Shown in pieces: positions 38,667 to 48,682 of a stretch of 64,000 nucleotides of DNA. Source of the DNA: an uncultured Gemmatimonadales bacterium (GTDB lineage: Bacteria > Gemmatimonadota > Gemmatimonadetes > Longimicrobiales > RSA9); assembly GCA_963708135.1 (NCBI GenBank), contig OY970192.1, positions 832,001 to 896,000 of the forward strand, written 5' to 3'. Numbering within the stretch: the first letter of the stretch is position 1; the number at the start of each line of letters is the position of its first letter. A program made the position numbers and the translations under genes. Under the pieces are notes generated by a model. It had not been told where the DNA came from. It was given only the letters and a program-made list of their open reading frames with translations, and did not search any database.

Positions 38667-39965
38667 ATCACACGATCCATTTCGACGGAGCAGGCGCGCG
38701 AGCGCGCGGTCCTCGTGGGCGCGCCCACGCGATCGGTGAGCCCGCTGGCCGCCGAGGAGCACCTCCAGGAGCTCGAGCGCCTGGCCGACACGGCCGGCGC
38801 CGAGGTGGCGGGCGTGGTCCGCCAGCGCCTCGAGACGCCGCACCCGAAGTACTACATCGGCGAGGGCAAGGCCACGGAGCTGCGCGAGGTGGCCCGCCAG
38901 ACCGGCGCGGACCTGGTCATCTTCGACGAGGATCTCTCGCCCGCGCAGGGCAAGAACCTCGAGGACCTGCTCGACGTCCGCGTCATGGATCGGACCGAGC
39001 TGATCCTCGACATCTTCGTCACGCGCGCGCGCACCAGCGAGGCGCAGATGCAGGTCGAGCGCGCCCAGCTCGAGTACATGCTGCCGCGGCTCAAGCGCAT
39101 GTGGACCCACCTCGAGCGCACCCAGGGCGGCATCGGCATGCGCGGCCCCGGCGAGACCCAGCTCGAGACGGACCGCCGCCTCATCAGCCGCCGCATCCGC
39201 GACCTGCGCGAGAAGCTCGAGACCGTCGCCCGCCGGCGCGCCACCCAGCGCAAGGGGCGCTCGGGCGAGTTCCGCGCCGCCCTCGTCGGCTACACCAACG
39301 CCGGCAAGTCCTCGATCCTGCGCGGCCTCTCCGGCGCCGACCTGTTCGTGGAGGACCGCCTCTTCGCCACCCTCGATCCGGCTACCCGCTCGGTGGACGT
39401 GGGCGGCGGCGCGAAGGTGCTGGTGACGGACACGGTCGGCTTCATCCGGAAGCTGCCGCACGACCTCGTCGCCTCGTTCCGCGCCACGCTGGAGGAGGCG
39501 GGCGAGGCGGACCTGCTGCTGCACGCCATCGACGCGTCCTACCCGACCTGGCTCGAGCAGAAGGAGGTCGTGGAGGACGTGCTGCGCGATCTGGGCCTCG
39601 GCGACCGCCCCGTGCTCCTGGTCTTCAACAAGGTCGACCGCCTGACCCACGGCGAGGAGGGTTCGCTCCGCGACGAGGTGCGGGCCATCCTGCCGCAGCC
39701 GAGCGTCTTCGTCTCCGCCGTCGAGCCGGGCGGCCTGGAGCCGCTGCGCGAGGCGCTGCTCGAGGAGCTCAGGGCGCTGCGCCCCGAGGTCCACCTCCGC
39801 CTCCCGTCCACCGACGGCGAGGCGCTCGCGGCCGTCTACCGCGAGGGCGAGGTGCTCAGCCGCGAGGAGCGCGGCGAGACGATCGACCTGCTCGTCCGCC
39901 TGCCGCTGCCCACGCTCGGCCGGCTGCGCCGCCGCGAGGGCATCGACGTCTCTCAGCCGGCATGA
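38667..39965 (+). CDS. hflX: GTPase HflX (start uncertain, possibly ATC)
   Basis: ERAVLVG, IGEGK, GPGETQLE.DRR, GYTNAGKS, LFATLD, DTVGFI, NKVD. Confidence 0.92.
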   Translation: MTRSISTEQARERAVLVGAPTRSVSPLAAEEHLQELERLADTAGAEVAGVVRQRLETPHPKYYIGEGKATELREVARQTGADLVIFDEDLSPAQGKNLEDLLDVRVMDRTELILDIFVTRARTSEAQMQVERAQLEYMLPRLKRMWTHLERTQGGIGMRGPGETQLETDRRLISRRIRDLREKLETVARRRATQRKGRSGEFRAALVGYTNAGKSSILRGLSGADLFVEDRLFATLDPATRSVDVGGGAKVLVTDTVGFIRKLPHDLVASFRATLEEAGEADLLLHAIDASYPTWLEQKEVVEDVLRDLGLGDRPVLLVFNKVDRLTHGEEGSLRDEVRAILPQPSVFVSAVEPGGLEPLREALLEELRALRPEVHLRLPSTDGEALAAVYREGEVLSREERGETIDLLVRLPLPTLGRLRRREGIDVSQPA

Positions 39966-40834
39966 GCGAGTCGGTCGTCATCATCGGGCCCGGGCGCATG
40001 GGGCTGGCGCTCGGCGCCGCGCTCCGCCACGCCCGCGCCGTGGACCGGCTCCTCTTCTTCGGCCGCGCGCTCGAGCCGCCGCCGCACCCGCTCTTCGATG
40101 CCGGTCCCGAGGGTGCCGAGTACCGCCTCGGACCGCAGCCGCTCCCGCCCGAGACGACCGCCGTGATCCTGGCGGTGCCGGATGCCGCGCTCGGCGACGT
40201 CGCCTACGACCTCTCCCGGGCGGGCGCCGCGCCCCCGGGCTGCGCCGCGCTCCATCTCTCCGGCGCTCTCTCGACCGATGCGCTCGCACCGCTCCACGCC
40301 GTCGGCTACGCCATCGGCTCCATGCACCCGCTCCAGGCCGTGGCCGACCCGTGGTCCGCGGGCGACCGGCTGATCGGCAGCGCGTTCGCGCTCGCCGGCG
40401 AGCCCGCCGCCATCGCCGCCGGGCGCCGGCTCGTCAACGAGCTCGAGGGCCATGCGCTGCTGATCCCCGTCGCGCTCCGGCCGCTCTACCACGCGGCCGC
40501 CGTGTTCGCCTCCAACTACCTGGTCGTGCTCCTGGCGGTGGCCGTCCGGCTGCTCCAGTCGGCGGGCATCCCGCCCGACGAGGCGCTCCCCTCCATCCTG
40601 CCGCTCATGCGCGGCACCCTCGACAACCTGGAGCACCTCGGCATCCCGGCCGCCCTGACCGGCCCCGTCCCGCGCGGAGACGCCGACACCGTCCGCCTCC
40701 ACCTCGCGCGGTTGTCGGATGAGGATCGCGCGTTATATTCCGCGCTCGGCCGCGAGCTCCTGAAGCTCGCGAGGGCGGCGGGCCTCGACGAAGCCAGGGC
40801 CGCCGACCTCGCTCTCCTCCTCTCGCGCGACTGA
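39962..40834 (+). CDS. Rossmann-like/DUF2520 oxidoreductase
   Basis: IGPGRMG, AVPD, HLSG, HPLQ, YHAAAVFASN, LTGP..RGD. Confidence 0.85.
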   Translation: MSESVVIIGPGRMGLALGAALRHARAVDRLLFFGRALEPPPHPLFDAGPEGAEYRLGPQPLPPETTAVILAVPDAALGDVAYDLSRAGAAPPGCAALHLSGALSTDALAPLHAVGYAIGSMHPLQAVADPWSAGDRLIGSAFALAGEPAAIAAGRRLVNELEGHALLIPVALRPLYHAAAVFASNYLVVLLAVAVRLLQSAGIPPDEALPSILPLMRGTLDNLEHLGIPAALTGPVPRGDADTVRLHLARLSDEDRALYSALGRELLKLARAAGLDEARAADLALLLSRD

Positions 40835-41596
40835 ATGCGTCTCCACGTCAACATCGACCACGTCGCGACGGTGCGGCAGGCCCGGCGCACCGATGAGCCC
40901 GATCCGGTGCGCGCCGCGGTGCTCGTCGAGCTCGCCGGCGCGGACGGGATCACCGTCCACCTGCGCGAGGACCGCCGCCACATCCAGGAGCGCGATGTCC
41001 GCCTCCTGCTCCGGACCGTCCGCACGGCCGTGAACCTCGAGCTGGCCGCCGCGAGCAATGTGCTCGACATCGCCGTCGAGCTGCGCCCCGCCGAAGCCAC
41101 GCTCGTCCCCGAGAAGCGCGAGGAGGTCACCACGGAGGGCGGGCTCGCGCTCGGGGACGACGAAGGGCGACGTCGCATTGCCGCCGCCGTCTCCCGCCTG
41201 CGCGACGCCGGCATCCGCACGTCCCTCTTCATCGACCCCGACGAGGCGCACATCCGCACCTCCGTGGAGCTCGGCGCCGACGCCATCGAGCTGCACACCG
41301 GCGAGTACGCCGAGCGCTTCAAGGAGCGCGGCAGCGCGGCGGGCGCGGAGAAGATCGAGGCGGAGCTCGAGCGGCTCCGGCGCGCCGCCTCGCTCGGCGC
41401 CTCGCTCGGCCTCGACGTCCACGCCGGCCACGGGCTGACCTACGAGAACGTGGCGCCCGTGGCCGCCATCTCCGAGATCGAGGAGCTGAACATCGGCCAC
41501 AGCATCGTGAGCCGCGCCGTGCTGGTCGGGATGGAACGCGCCGTGCGCGAGATGGCGGTGCTGATTCGCGCCGCGAGACCCCCCATGGAGGGTTGA
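40835..41596 (+). CDS. pdxJ: Pyridoxine 5'-phosphate synthase
   Basis: [35 protein letters not shown]. Confidence 0.96.
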   Translation: MRLHVNIDHVATVRQARRTDEPDPVRAAVLVELAGADGITVHLREDRRHIQERDVRLLLRTVRTAVNLELAAASNVLDIAVELRPAEATLVPEKREEVTTEGGLALGDDEGRRRIAAAVSRLRDAGIRTSLFIDPDEAHIRTSVELGADAIELHTGEYAERFKERGSAAGAEKIEAELERLRRAASLGASLGLDVHAGHGLTYENVAPVAAISEIEELNIGHSIVSRAVLVGMERAVREMAVLIRAARPPMEG

Positions 41597-41597
41597 C

Positions 41598-42698
41598 ATG
41601 CCGACCATCCGCGAGTTCTTCGAGTGGGAGGCGGCGGACACGCTGGACCGGCTTCGCGCCACGGCCAATGGGCTCGATGCGTCCGCCGCGGAGCCCGCCG
41701 AGCTGCACCGCCTCGCCCGCCGCCTCCGCGGCAGCGCGCAGATGGCCCGCGATGAGCGCGTGACCCGCGTGGCCGCGGGCCTCGAGGCCGCCGGCCGCGC
41801 GCTGGCCGAGGGCCGCATGGCCTGGAGCGGCGAGGCCGCAGGCGCCGTCCGCGCCGCGCTGGAGGCCGCCGGAACGCTCGTACGTGCGGAGGATCCCGCC
41901 GCCGGCGACGCCCTCACCGACAGCGCGCTCGCCCGGCTCGAGGGCCTCGGCGTGGACCTGGGCGAGGGGCGCGCGGCGGCGCGGGAGAGCGCCTCCGGCG
42001 CCGCCGAGTTCCTGGCCTTCGCCGCCCGAGAGGTGGACGGCATCCTCGGCGAGATCGACCGGGTCCTGCTCGCCGCGGATCCCCGCGACCACGGCCCACT
42101 CACCGCCGTCCTGCGGCGCCAGCGCCCGCTCATGGGCGCCGCCCGCCTCGACTCCACGCCGATCCTCGGCGAGACGCTCACGGCCATGGACGAGATCAGC
42201 CGCATGATCGTGCGCCTCGGCGCACCCGTGAAGTCCGAGTGGCTCGACGTCTACCGCGCCGCCCACGACGTGCTCGAGGCCGCCGCCGAGCGCCTGCACC
42301 GCGGCGAGGAGCCCGCGCGCGTGCCCGCGCTGAGCCGGCTGCGCACGCTGCGCGAGGAGCTGGCGGACCGCTACGGCGCGGCCGAGGAGCCGCAGGCGCC
42401 GCCGATCTTCGCCCCCGGCGAAGAGGGGGCGCACGAGCCGGAGGCTGCGGCAACGTCGCCGGAGGCGCCGGACGCCTCGCCGGACGCCGCGGGCGTGCCG
42501 GCGGAAGGCGCGAGCGCGCCGGCCCCGCCTCCCGCCACCGAGCCGGTGCCCGTCGAGGCCTTCTTCTATGCCGGCGCGCGCGCGCTCAGGCGCGCCCTCG
42601 AGCTGCGCGGGACCCTCGAGGGTGCCACGACGGCCGATCCCGCGGCCCGCGAGGCCGTGCAGGAGCTCTTCGACCTGATCCGGATGGCGCTGGCGTGA
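41598..42698 (+). CDS. Hypothetical helical protein (Hpt-like N-terminus)
   Basis: EFF..EA...LD.L...ARRLRGSAQMA; lies in operon. Confidence 0.6.
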   Translation: MPTIREFFEWEAADTLDRLRATANGLDASAAEPAELHRLARRLRGSAQMARDERVTRVAAGLEAAGRALAEGRMAWSGEAAGAVRAALEAAGTLVRAEDPAAGDALTDSALARLEGLGVDLGEGRAAARESASGAAEFLAFAAREVDGILGEIDRVLLAADPRDHGPLTAVLRRQRPLMGAARLDSTPILGETLTAMDEISRMIVRLGAPVKSEWLDVYRAAHDVLEAAAERLHRGEEPARVPALSRLRTLREELADRYGAAEEPQAPPIFAPGEEGAHEPEAAATSPEAPDASPDAAGVPAEGASAPAPPPATEPVPVEAFFYAGARALRRALELRGTLEGATTADPAAREAVQELFDLIRMALA

Positions 42699-43777
42699 GC
42701 GGCCGCCGCCGCCGGGGACCCGACTGGCGGGCGATCGTCGGGATCCTCCTCAGCATCGGCTTCCTGTGGTACGCGCTCCGGGGGGTGGACCTCCACGCGG
42801 TGCTGCGCCAGATCCGGCAGGCCGACCCGTGGCTCTTCCTGCTCGCCGTCGCCGCCGCCACCTTCCCCTTCTGGATCCGCGCCTGGCGCTGGCGCTCGCT
42901 GCTCCGCCCCGTGTACCCGGCGACCAGCTTCCGCGCCCGCTTCGCCGCCGTGAACATCGGCTTCATGGCCAACAACCTGCTTCCCGCGCGTGTCGGCGAG
43001 ATCCTGCGCGCCTACGTCGTCTCCAGGCTCGAGCCGATCCCCGTGGTGTCGTCGCTCGGCTCGCTGGTCGTCGAGCGCATCTTCGACGGTACGACGCTCG
43101 TCGCTTTTACCTTCCTCGCGCTCGCCTTCCCGGGCTTCCCCGAGACGGGCGCGACCGGCCGGGAGCTGCACGCCATCGCGACGACCCTCGCGACCGTCTT
43201 CGCCATCGCGGGTGTGGTCTTCCTCGCCATGGTGCTCTTTCCCCGCCAGGTCGTGCGCGGCATCGAGCGACTGGTCGAGCGCGTGCTCCCCCTGTCCTTT
43301 CGCCGCCCCATCGTCGATGGCCTCGAGGCGCTGCTCTCCGGCCTCGCCGCCATCCGCCGGCCGCTGCTGCTGGCCCGCATCATCTTCTGGTCCGTCGTGC
43401 TCTGGGGCTTCGGCGCGCTCTCCTACTGGCTCGCCATGCGCGCGTTCCACATCGACGTTCCCTTCATGGGCGCCGTGTTCCTGCAGTCCGTCATCTCCTT
43501 CTCCGTGGCGCTCCCATCCTCGCCCGGTTTCTTCGGCATCTACGAGGCCGCCGTCCGGGTCGGGCTCGTCAACGTCTGGCACGTCGATCCGAACCGCGCC
43601 CTCGGCCTCGCCATCGGATTCCACCTCGGCGGCTTCGTCCCCGTCACCGTCATGGGCCTCGTCTACGCCGCCCGCCTCGGCTTCTCGTGGCGCGAGGTCC
43701 GCAGCGGCGAGAGCATCGTCGAGACCGCCGTCGAGTACGAGACCGGCCACGACCCCGCGCACCCGGATCGGCCATGA
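42695..43777 (+). CDS. Lysylphosphatidylglycerol synthase TM-domain (flippase-like) protein
   Basis: RAWRW, NNLLPARVGE, ERIFD, PSSPG.FG.YE. Confidence 0.85.
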   Translation: MSGRRRRGPDWRAIVGILLSIGFLWYALRGVDLHAVLRQIRQADPWLFLLAVAAATFPFWIRAWRWRSLLRPVYPATSFRARFAAVNIGFMANNLLPARVGEILRAYVVSRLEPIPVVSSLGSLVVERIFDGTTLVAFTFLALAFPGFPETGATGRELHAIATTLATVFAIAGVVFLAMVLFPRQVVRGIERLVERVLPLSFRRPIVDGLEALLSGLAAIRRPLLLARIIFWSVVLWGFGALSYWLAMRAFHIDVPFMGAVFLQSVISFSVALPSSPGFFGIYEAAVRVGLVNVWHVDPNRALGLAIGFHLGGFVPVTVMGLVYAARLGFSWREVRSGESIVETAVEYETGHDPAHPDRP

Positions 43778-44664
43778 GGACCACGGCCCGCGCCAAGGTC
43801 AATCTCCGGCTGCGCGTGCTCGGTCGCGAAAGCTCCGGCTACCACCATCTCGAGACGATCTTCTGCGCCCTCGAGCTGGCCGATGACCTCGACATTGCCG
43901 CGGGCCCGGCCGGGATCCGCCTCGAGGTGGACGGGCCCGACACCGGTCCCGTCCACCAGAACCTCGTCGTGCGCGCCGCCGAAGCCTTCTTTGCCGAGGC
44001 CGGCATCGCCCCCGCCGTTGAGATCCGCCTGGGGAAGCGCATCCCCGCCCGCGCCGGCCTGGGCGGCGGCTCGAGCGACGCCGCCGCCACGCTCCTCGCC
44101 CTCAATCAGCTGCACGGCACGCCGCTCCTGCACGAGCGCCTCGCCACCCTCGCCGCCGCGCTCGGAAGCGACGTCCCCTTCTTCCTCTCCGGCGCCCCGC
44201 TCGCGCTCGCGTGGGGCAGGGGAGAGCGGCTCCTCACCCTGCCCGCGCTGCCGCCCGCCCCGGCGCTCCTCGCCGTGCCCGACTTCGGCGTCTCCACCTC
44301 CGAGGCCTACGCCGCGCTCGACCGCGCCCGCGCGGGGAGGAGCGCCGCCCTCCCCGCGCCCGAGCCGGCCGTCGTCGCCCTGGACCGCCTCGAGACCTGG
44401 TCCGCCGTCGCCGGCCTCGCCGCCAACGACTTCGAGCCGATCGTCTTCGCGCGCCACCCCGAGTTGCGCCAGGTGAAGACCCGGCTCGTGGACGCCGGCG
44501 CCGGTCCCGCCCTCCTCGCCGGCTCCGGCGCCGCCGTGTTCGGCATCTTCGAGGACGCCGCCCGCCGGGATGCCGCGGCCGAGGCGCTGGCCGACGCCTT
44601 CGGACAATTCCGCATCATCCGCACGGCGACGGTCTCGCCCGGCCGTCCGGATCTGCTGGGGTAG
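43774..44664 (+). CDS. ispE: 4-diphosphocytidyl-2-C-methyl-D-erythritol kinase
   Basis: AKVNL.L, GYH.LET, IP..AGLGGGSSDAA, LGSDVPFF, NDFE. Confidence 0.93.
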   Translation: MRTTARAKVNLRLRVLGRESSGYHHLETIFCALELADDLDIAAGPAGIRLEVDGPDTGPVHQNLVVRAAEAFFAEAGIAPAVEIRLGKRIPARAGLGGGSSDAAATLLALNQLHGTPLLHERLATLAAALGSDVPFFLSGAPLALAWGRGERLLTLPALPPAPALLAVPDFGVSTSEAYAALDRARAGRSAALPAPEPAVVALDRLETWSAVAGLAANDFEPIVFARHPELRQVKTRLVDAGAGPALLAGSGAAVFGIFEDAARRDAAAEALADAFGQFRIIRTATVSPGRPDLLG

Positions 44665-44694
44665 GGCTTCGCCAGGCGGGAGACGGGCGGCGCA

Positions 44695-44723
44695 TTGATG
44701 GCCCCCACGCGCCCCGTTACCTT
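44695..44723 (+). promoter_or_regulatory. Candidate sigma70 promoter for tRNA-Gln
   Basis: TTGATG-N17-TACCTT. Confidence 0.45.
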
Positions 44724-44734
44724 TGGCCGGCAAC

Positions 44735-44805
44735 TCCCGGGTCGTCTAAGGGCAGGACAGAGGACTTTGGATCCTCCAATGGTGGTTCGAGTCCACCCCC
44801 GGGAA
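44735..44805 (+). tRNA. tRNA-Gln(TTG), CCA not encoded
   Basis: TCCCGGG/CCCGGGA acceptor stem, GAGGA-CTTTGGA-TCCTC anticodon arm, GGTGG-TTCGAGT-CCACC T arm. Confidence 0.95.
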
Positions 44806-44823
44806 CTACGGGAGCGCCCGCCA

Positions 44824-46149
44824 ATGCGAATCGTCTGGTCGGTCACCCTGCTCGCCGCCGCGCTCGCCGCGTGCGCACCCTCCTCCCGCGCCGGAGCCCC
44901 CACGCCGCGGCGGCTGCCCGCGGCCGAAACATTGGTGACGGCGCCGCCCGCCTCCGTGGGGATGGCTCCGGACCTGCGCGCGCGTCTCGACTCGGTCCTG
45001 GCCAACGGGATCGCGTACGGGGCGGCGCCGGGGGCCGAGCTGGCGGTGGGCCGCTACGGCCGCATCGTCTACATGGGCGGCGCCGGCCATCTCGACCTCG
45101 CGCCCGGCTCGCCGGTGCCCGACGACTCGACGCTCTGGGATCTGGCGTCGCTGACCAAGGTGATCGGCACCACGACGGCGGCCATGATCCTGGAGGAGGA
45201 AGGCAAGCTCGACCTGGACAGGCCGGTCCGGTACTACCTGCCGGAGCTGAGCGCCCCCGACAAGGCGGGGATCACCGTGCGCATGCTCCTCGAGCACCGG
45301 AGCGGGTTCCGGCCGGACATCCTCTTCTGGAAGCCGACGCCCGGGGACTCGACGCCCATGGCGCGCATCAACGCGGACCGCCTCCTCTACACGCCGAACG
45401 ACAGCACGATCTACAGCGACCTGAACTTCATCCTCGCCGCGATGATCGTGCGGCGGCTGACCGGCACCACGCTCGACCGCTTCCTTCTGGACCGCGTATG
45501 GCGGCCGCTGGGGATGCGCGACACCGGCTTCAACCCGCTGCTGCCGCCGGGCGAGGAGATCCCAGCGGACACCGACTGCACGGCCGCGCTCGCCCGGGCG
45601 ACGCCGCGGCGCCTCGCCCGCATCGCGCCCACCGAGATCGACACCGTCTACCGGCATATGCACGTCCACGGCATCGTCCACGACGAGAACTCGTGTGCCC
45701 TCGGCGGCGTCGCGGGCCACGCGGGACTCTTCTCCTCCGCCCGGGACCTCGCGGTCTTCGCCCAGATGTTGCTCAACGGCGGAGAGTACGGGGGAGTCCG
45801 CATCCTGCACCCGAACACCATCGCCCGGTGGACCGCCCGCCGCCGCGAGGACTCGAGTCGCGCGACCGGCTGGGACACGCCATCCGACCACTCGAGCGCC
45901 GGCCGCTACTTCAGCCCCCGCTCGTTCGGGCACACGGGGTTCACCGGCACCTCCATCTGGATGGACCCCGCGCGCGGACTCTTCGTCGTTCTGCTCACGA
46001 ACCGCGTGAACCCCACTCGCGCAAACACGAAGGTGTTCCGGCTCCGGCGCGAGATCGCCGATGCGGCGCAGGCGGCGATCCTGGATGCGCCGCTGATCGA
46101 TTGGGAGGCGCGGCGGCACGCCGGAACCGAAGGCGCAAGGAGCCATTAG
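44824..46149 (+). CDS. Serine hydrolase, beta-lactamase/AmpC family lipoprotein
   Basis: LAAC lipobox, SLTK, YSD, GHAGLFS, GHTGFTG. Confidence 0.88.
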   Translation: MRIVWSVTLLAAALAACAPSSRAGAPTPRRLPAAETLVTAPPASVGMAPDLRARLDSVLANGIAYGAAPGAELAVGRYGRIVYMGGAGHLDLAPGSPVPDDSTLWDLASLTKVIGTTTAAMILEEEGKLDLDRPVRYYLPELSAPDKAGITVRMLLEHRSGFRPDILFWKPTPGDSTPMARINADRLLYTPNDSTIYSDLNFILAAMIVRRLTGTTLDRFLLDRVWRPLGMRDTGFNPLLPPGEEIPADTDCTAALARATPRRLARIAPTEIDTVYRHMHVHGIVHDENSCALGGVAGHAGLFSSARDLAVFAQMLLNGGEYGGVRILHPNTIARWTARRREDSSRATGWDTPSDHSSAGRYFSPRSFGHTGFTGTSIWMDPARGLFVVLLTNRVNPTRANTKVFRLRREIADAAQAAILDAPLIDWEARRHAGTEGARSH

Positions 46150-46200
46150 CTCCCCCCAGCCCTCGCTTGCCCGTTCGCGGACCCCCGCGTACCGTCCGTG

Positions 46201-46833
46201 ATGCTCCGGAAGCTGCTTCGGCGCACCGCCATCGCGCTCGCCGCCCTCATCCTCCTCGCCTGCGGCCTCTACGCCTTCCATGTCCCGCTGCTCACCGCGG
46301 CCGGGCGGCTGGTCACCGTGCGGGACGCCCCCGCCCGCGCCGACATCCTCTTCCTCCTCGGCGGCGAGGACTTCTCGCGGCCGTTCAGGGCCGCGGATCT
46401 CTGGAAGGCCGGCATAGCCCCGCGCATCGTCACCGTCCGCAGCGAGGACGGCCCGGCCATGAAGCTGGGGGTGCTCCGCAACGAGACCAATGCCGCCGTT
46501 CGGATCATGGAGCGCCTGGGCGTCCCCGATTCCGCGATCACCGTGATCCGCCAGGGCCGGGGCGCCACGAGCACCGACGACGAGGCCAACCTGCTCCGCT
46601 GGTACGTCGCCCGCCACCCGGTACGCCGCATCGACGTCGTGACCACCGCCTTCCACACCCGCCGCGCCCGCTGGCTCATCCGGCGCGCCCTGCGCGGCAC
46701 CACCGTCCAGGTCGCCATGACCGCCTCCGACGACCCCGGCTTCGACGAGACCGACTGGTGGCGCTCCGAGCGCGGCATGGTCGCCTACGTCACCGAGTAC
46801 ATCAAGTTCGCCCACAGCTTCTTCTTCCAGTAG
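46201..46833 (+). CDS. YdcF/DUF218 family protein
   Basis: LGG, ST.DEA, VTTAFHTRRA, EY.K. Confidence 0.8.
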   Translation: MLRKLLRRTAIALAALILLACGLYAFHVPLLTAAGRLVTVRDAPARADILFLLGGEDFSRPFRAADLWKAGIAPRIVTVRSEDGPAMKLGVLRNETNAAVRIMERLGVPDSAITVIRQGRGATSTDDEANLLRWYVARHPVRRIDVVTTAFHTRRARWLIRRALRGTTVQVAMTASDDPGFDETDWWRSERGMVAYVTEYIKFAHSFFFQ

Positions 46834-46951
46834 CGTCCCCGCGCGCCTGCCCCCTCGTGAACGCCTGCGTCCCCGTATGCGTCTGCGAGCTCGTCCTTGC
46901 ATCCTCGCGCACCCCCGCATAACGTCCCCGACCGACCACACGGAGATGCCC

Positions 46952-47590
46952 ATGGCCGCGAGCACCCGCCGACTCCCCGAAACCATCAAGCGACGCCTCG
47001 AGGTGGCCACCGCCATGGCCTGGGAGGCGCTCGTGGACGCGCACACCACCCATGCGCTCCAGTTCCTCGCCCTCATGGCCGGCCGCCTCGAGTTCGAGGA
47101 CGGGCTGCAGCGCTACCTCCGCGAGATGGGCATCGTCGAGCCGATGACCACGGCCCTCCGTACGCGCATCCTCGTGGCCCTGGAGGACATCGACCGCGAG
47201 CCCGACGTCTTCCCGCGTGCCCTCCGCCTCCAGGGTGGGCCCCCGCCCGAGGACGAGTCAGGCGACGAGGGCTGGCGACGATTCCGCCCCGAGGCCCTCG
47301 TTCGCGGCGTCAAGCAGCGCCAGCGCCGCAACGACGAGACGGAGCGCTGGAGCCTCCTCGCCATCGCCCGCGCCGAGGAGGAGATCATCGCCACCCACGT
47401 GGACAACGCCATCACCTTCGCCGCGCTGCTCGACCCCCACCTCGGCCTCGACAGGGCCGTCGAGGAATACATCCGCAGCGTCTCACTATACGGCTCCCGC
47501 GCCCAGGCCGTCATGCAGCGCACCATGGCCCGCCTCGCCGAGTCGTACCTGCCCGAGCCCGTGGCCATCCGGCCCGGCCCGGCCGAGTAG
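46952..47590 (+). CDS. Hypothetical protein
   Basis: Host-like ORF with two similar helical halves. Confidence 0.65.
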   Translation: MAASTRRLPETIKRRLEVATAMAWEALVDAHTTHALQFLALMAGRLEFEDGLQRYLREMGIVEPMTTALRTRILVALEDIDREPDVFPRALRLQGGPPPEDESGDEGWRRFRPEALVRGVKQRQRRNDETERWSLLAIARAEEEIIATHVDNAITFAALLDPHLGLDRAVEEYIRSVSLYGSRAQAVMQRTMARLAESYLPEPVAIRPGPAE

Positions 47591-47648
47591 ACCCGGCGCG
47601 CTCCCGCTCCCCACCCGGCCACTCCTCGCTCCTGGCACCCTCATGCAG

Positions 47649-47677
47649 TTGACGCCCTACGCCTTCCCGGATAGCTT
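47649..47677 (+). promoter_or_regulatory. Candidate sigma70 promoter for prs-rplY-pth
   Basis: TTGACG-N17-TAGCTT. Confidence 0.5.
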
Positions 47678-47717
47678 AACAGGCTGTCTCGCGACACGAA
47701 CCAGCAACCGCCCGGGC

Positions 47718-48668
47718 ATGACGGAATACCAGTACAACGCCCCGCTGCTGCTCATGGCGGGCACGGCCAATCGGCCGCTGGCGGAAGAGATCGCCGCCTG
47801 CATGGATATGCCCCTCGCCGAGATGACCGTGAAGCGGTTCGCGGACGGAGAGATCTTCGTCCGCATGAACCAGAACGTGCGCGGCGGGGACGCGTTCCTG
47901 ATCCAGCCGACGCCGCCGCCGGCCGACAGCATCATGGAGCTGCTGCTCATGGTGGATGCGGCCAAGCGGGCGTCGGCGGCGCGGATCACGGTGGTGATGC
48001 CGTACTACGGCTACGCGCGCCAGGATCGGAAGGACCAGCCGCGGGTGGCGATCGGGGCCAAGCTGGTGGCCAACCTGATCGAGGCGGCGGGCGCGGACCG
48101 GGTGCTGGGGGTGGACTTCCACACGCACCAGATCCAGGGCTTCTTCGATGTGCCGGTGGACCACCTCTACGCGGCGCCGGTGCTGACCGGCTATTTCCGG
48201 GACAAGGAGGTGCCGGACCCGGTGGTGGTCGCGCCGGACGTGGGCGCGGCCAAGATGGCGCGGGGCTTCGCCCGGCGGATCGACGCGTCGTTCGCGATCA
48301 TCGACAAGCGGCGCCCGACGGCGAACGTGGCCGAGGTGCTCTCGGTGGTCGGCGAGGTGGACGGCAAGACGTGCATCATCGTGGACGACATGATCGACAC
48401 GGCCGGCACGCTGGAGAGCGTCGTGTACGCGTTGAAGGAGCGGGGCGCCGCGGCCGTCTACGCGGCGGCCACGCACGCGCTCCTGTCGGGTCCGGCCGTG
48501 GAGCGCCTCGAGCGCGCGCCGCTTGAGGAGGTCGTGGTGACGAACACGCTGCACGTGCCGGATGAGAAGCGCTTCCCTAAGCTGACCATCCTGTCCGTTG
48601 CGGAACTGCTGGCGCGGGCCATTCTCTACACGCACTCGAACGAGTCCGTGAGCCAGCTCTTCGACTGA
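47718..48668 (+). CDS. prs: Ribose-phosphate pyrophosphokinase
   Basis: FADGEI, PYYGYARQDRK, VDDMIDTAGT. Confidence 0.96.
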   Translation: MTEYQYNAPLLLMAGTANRPLAEEIAACMDMPLAEMTVKRFADGEIFVRMNQNVRGGDAFLIQPTPPPADSIMELLLMVDAAKRASAARITVVMPYYGYARQDRKDQPRVAIGAKLVANLIEAAGADRVLGVDFHTHQIQGFFDVPVDHLYAAPVLTGYFRDKEVPDPVVVAPDVGAAKMARGFARRIDASFAIIDKRRPTANVAEVLSVVGEVDGKTCIIVDDMIDTAGTLESVVYALKERGAAAVYAAATHALLSGPAVERLERAPLEEVVVTNTLHVPDEKRFPKLTILSVAELLARAILYTHSNESVSQLFD

Positions 48669-48682
48669 AGGAGAACCGAACC

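Noticed and set aside
44735..47600. Island integrated at tRNA-Gln
   Set aside because: No integrase or duplicated tRNA 3' end seen; downstream genes look host-like.
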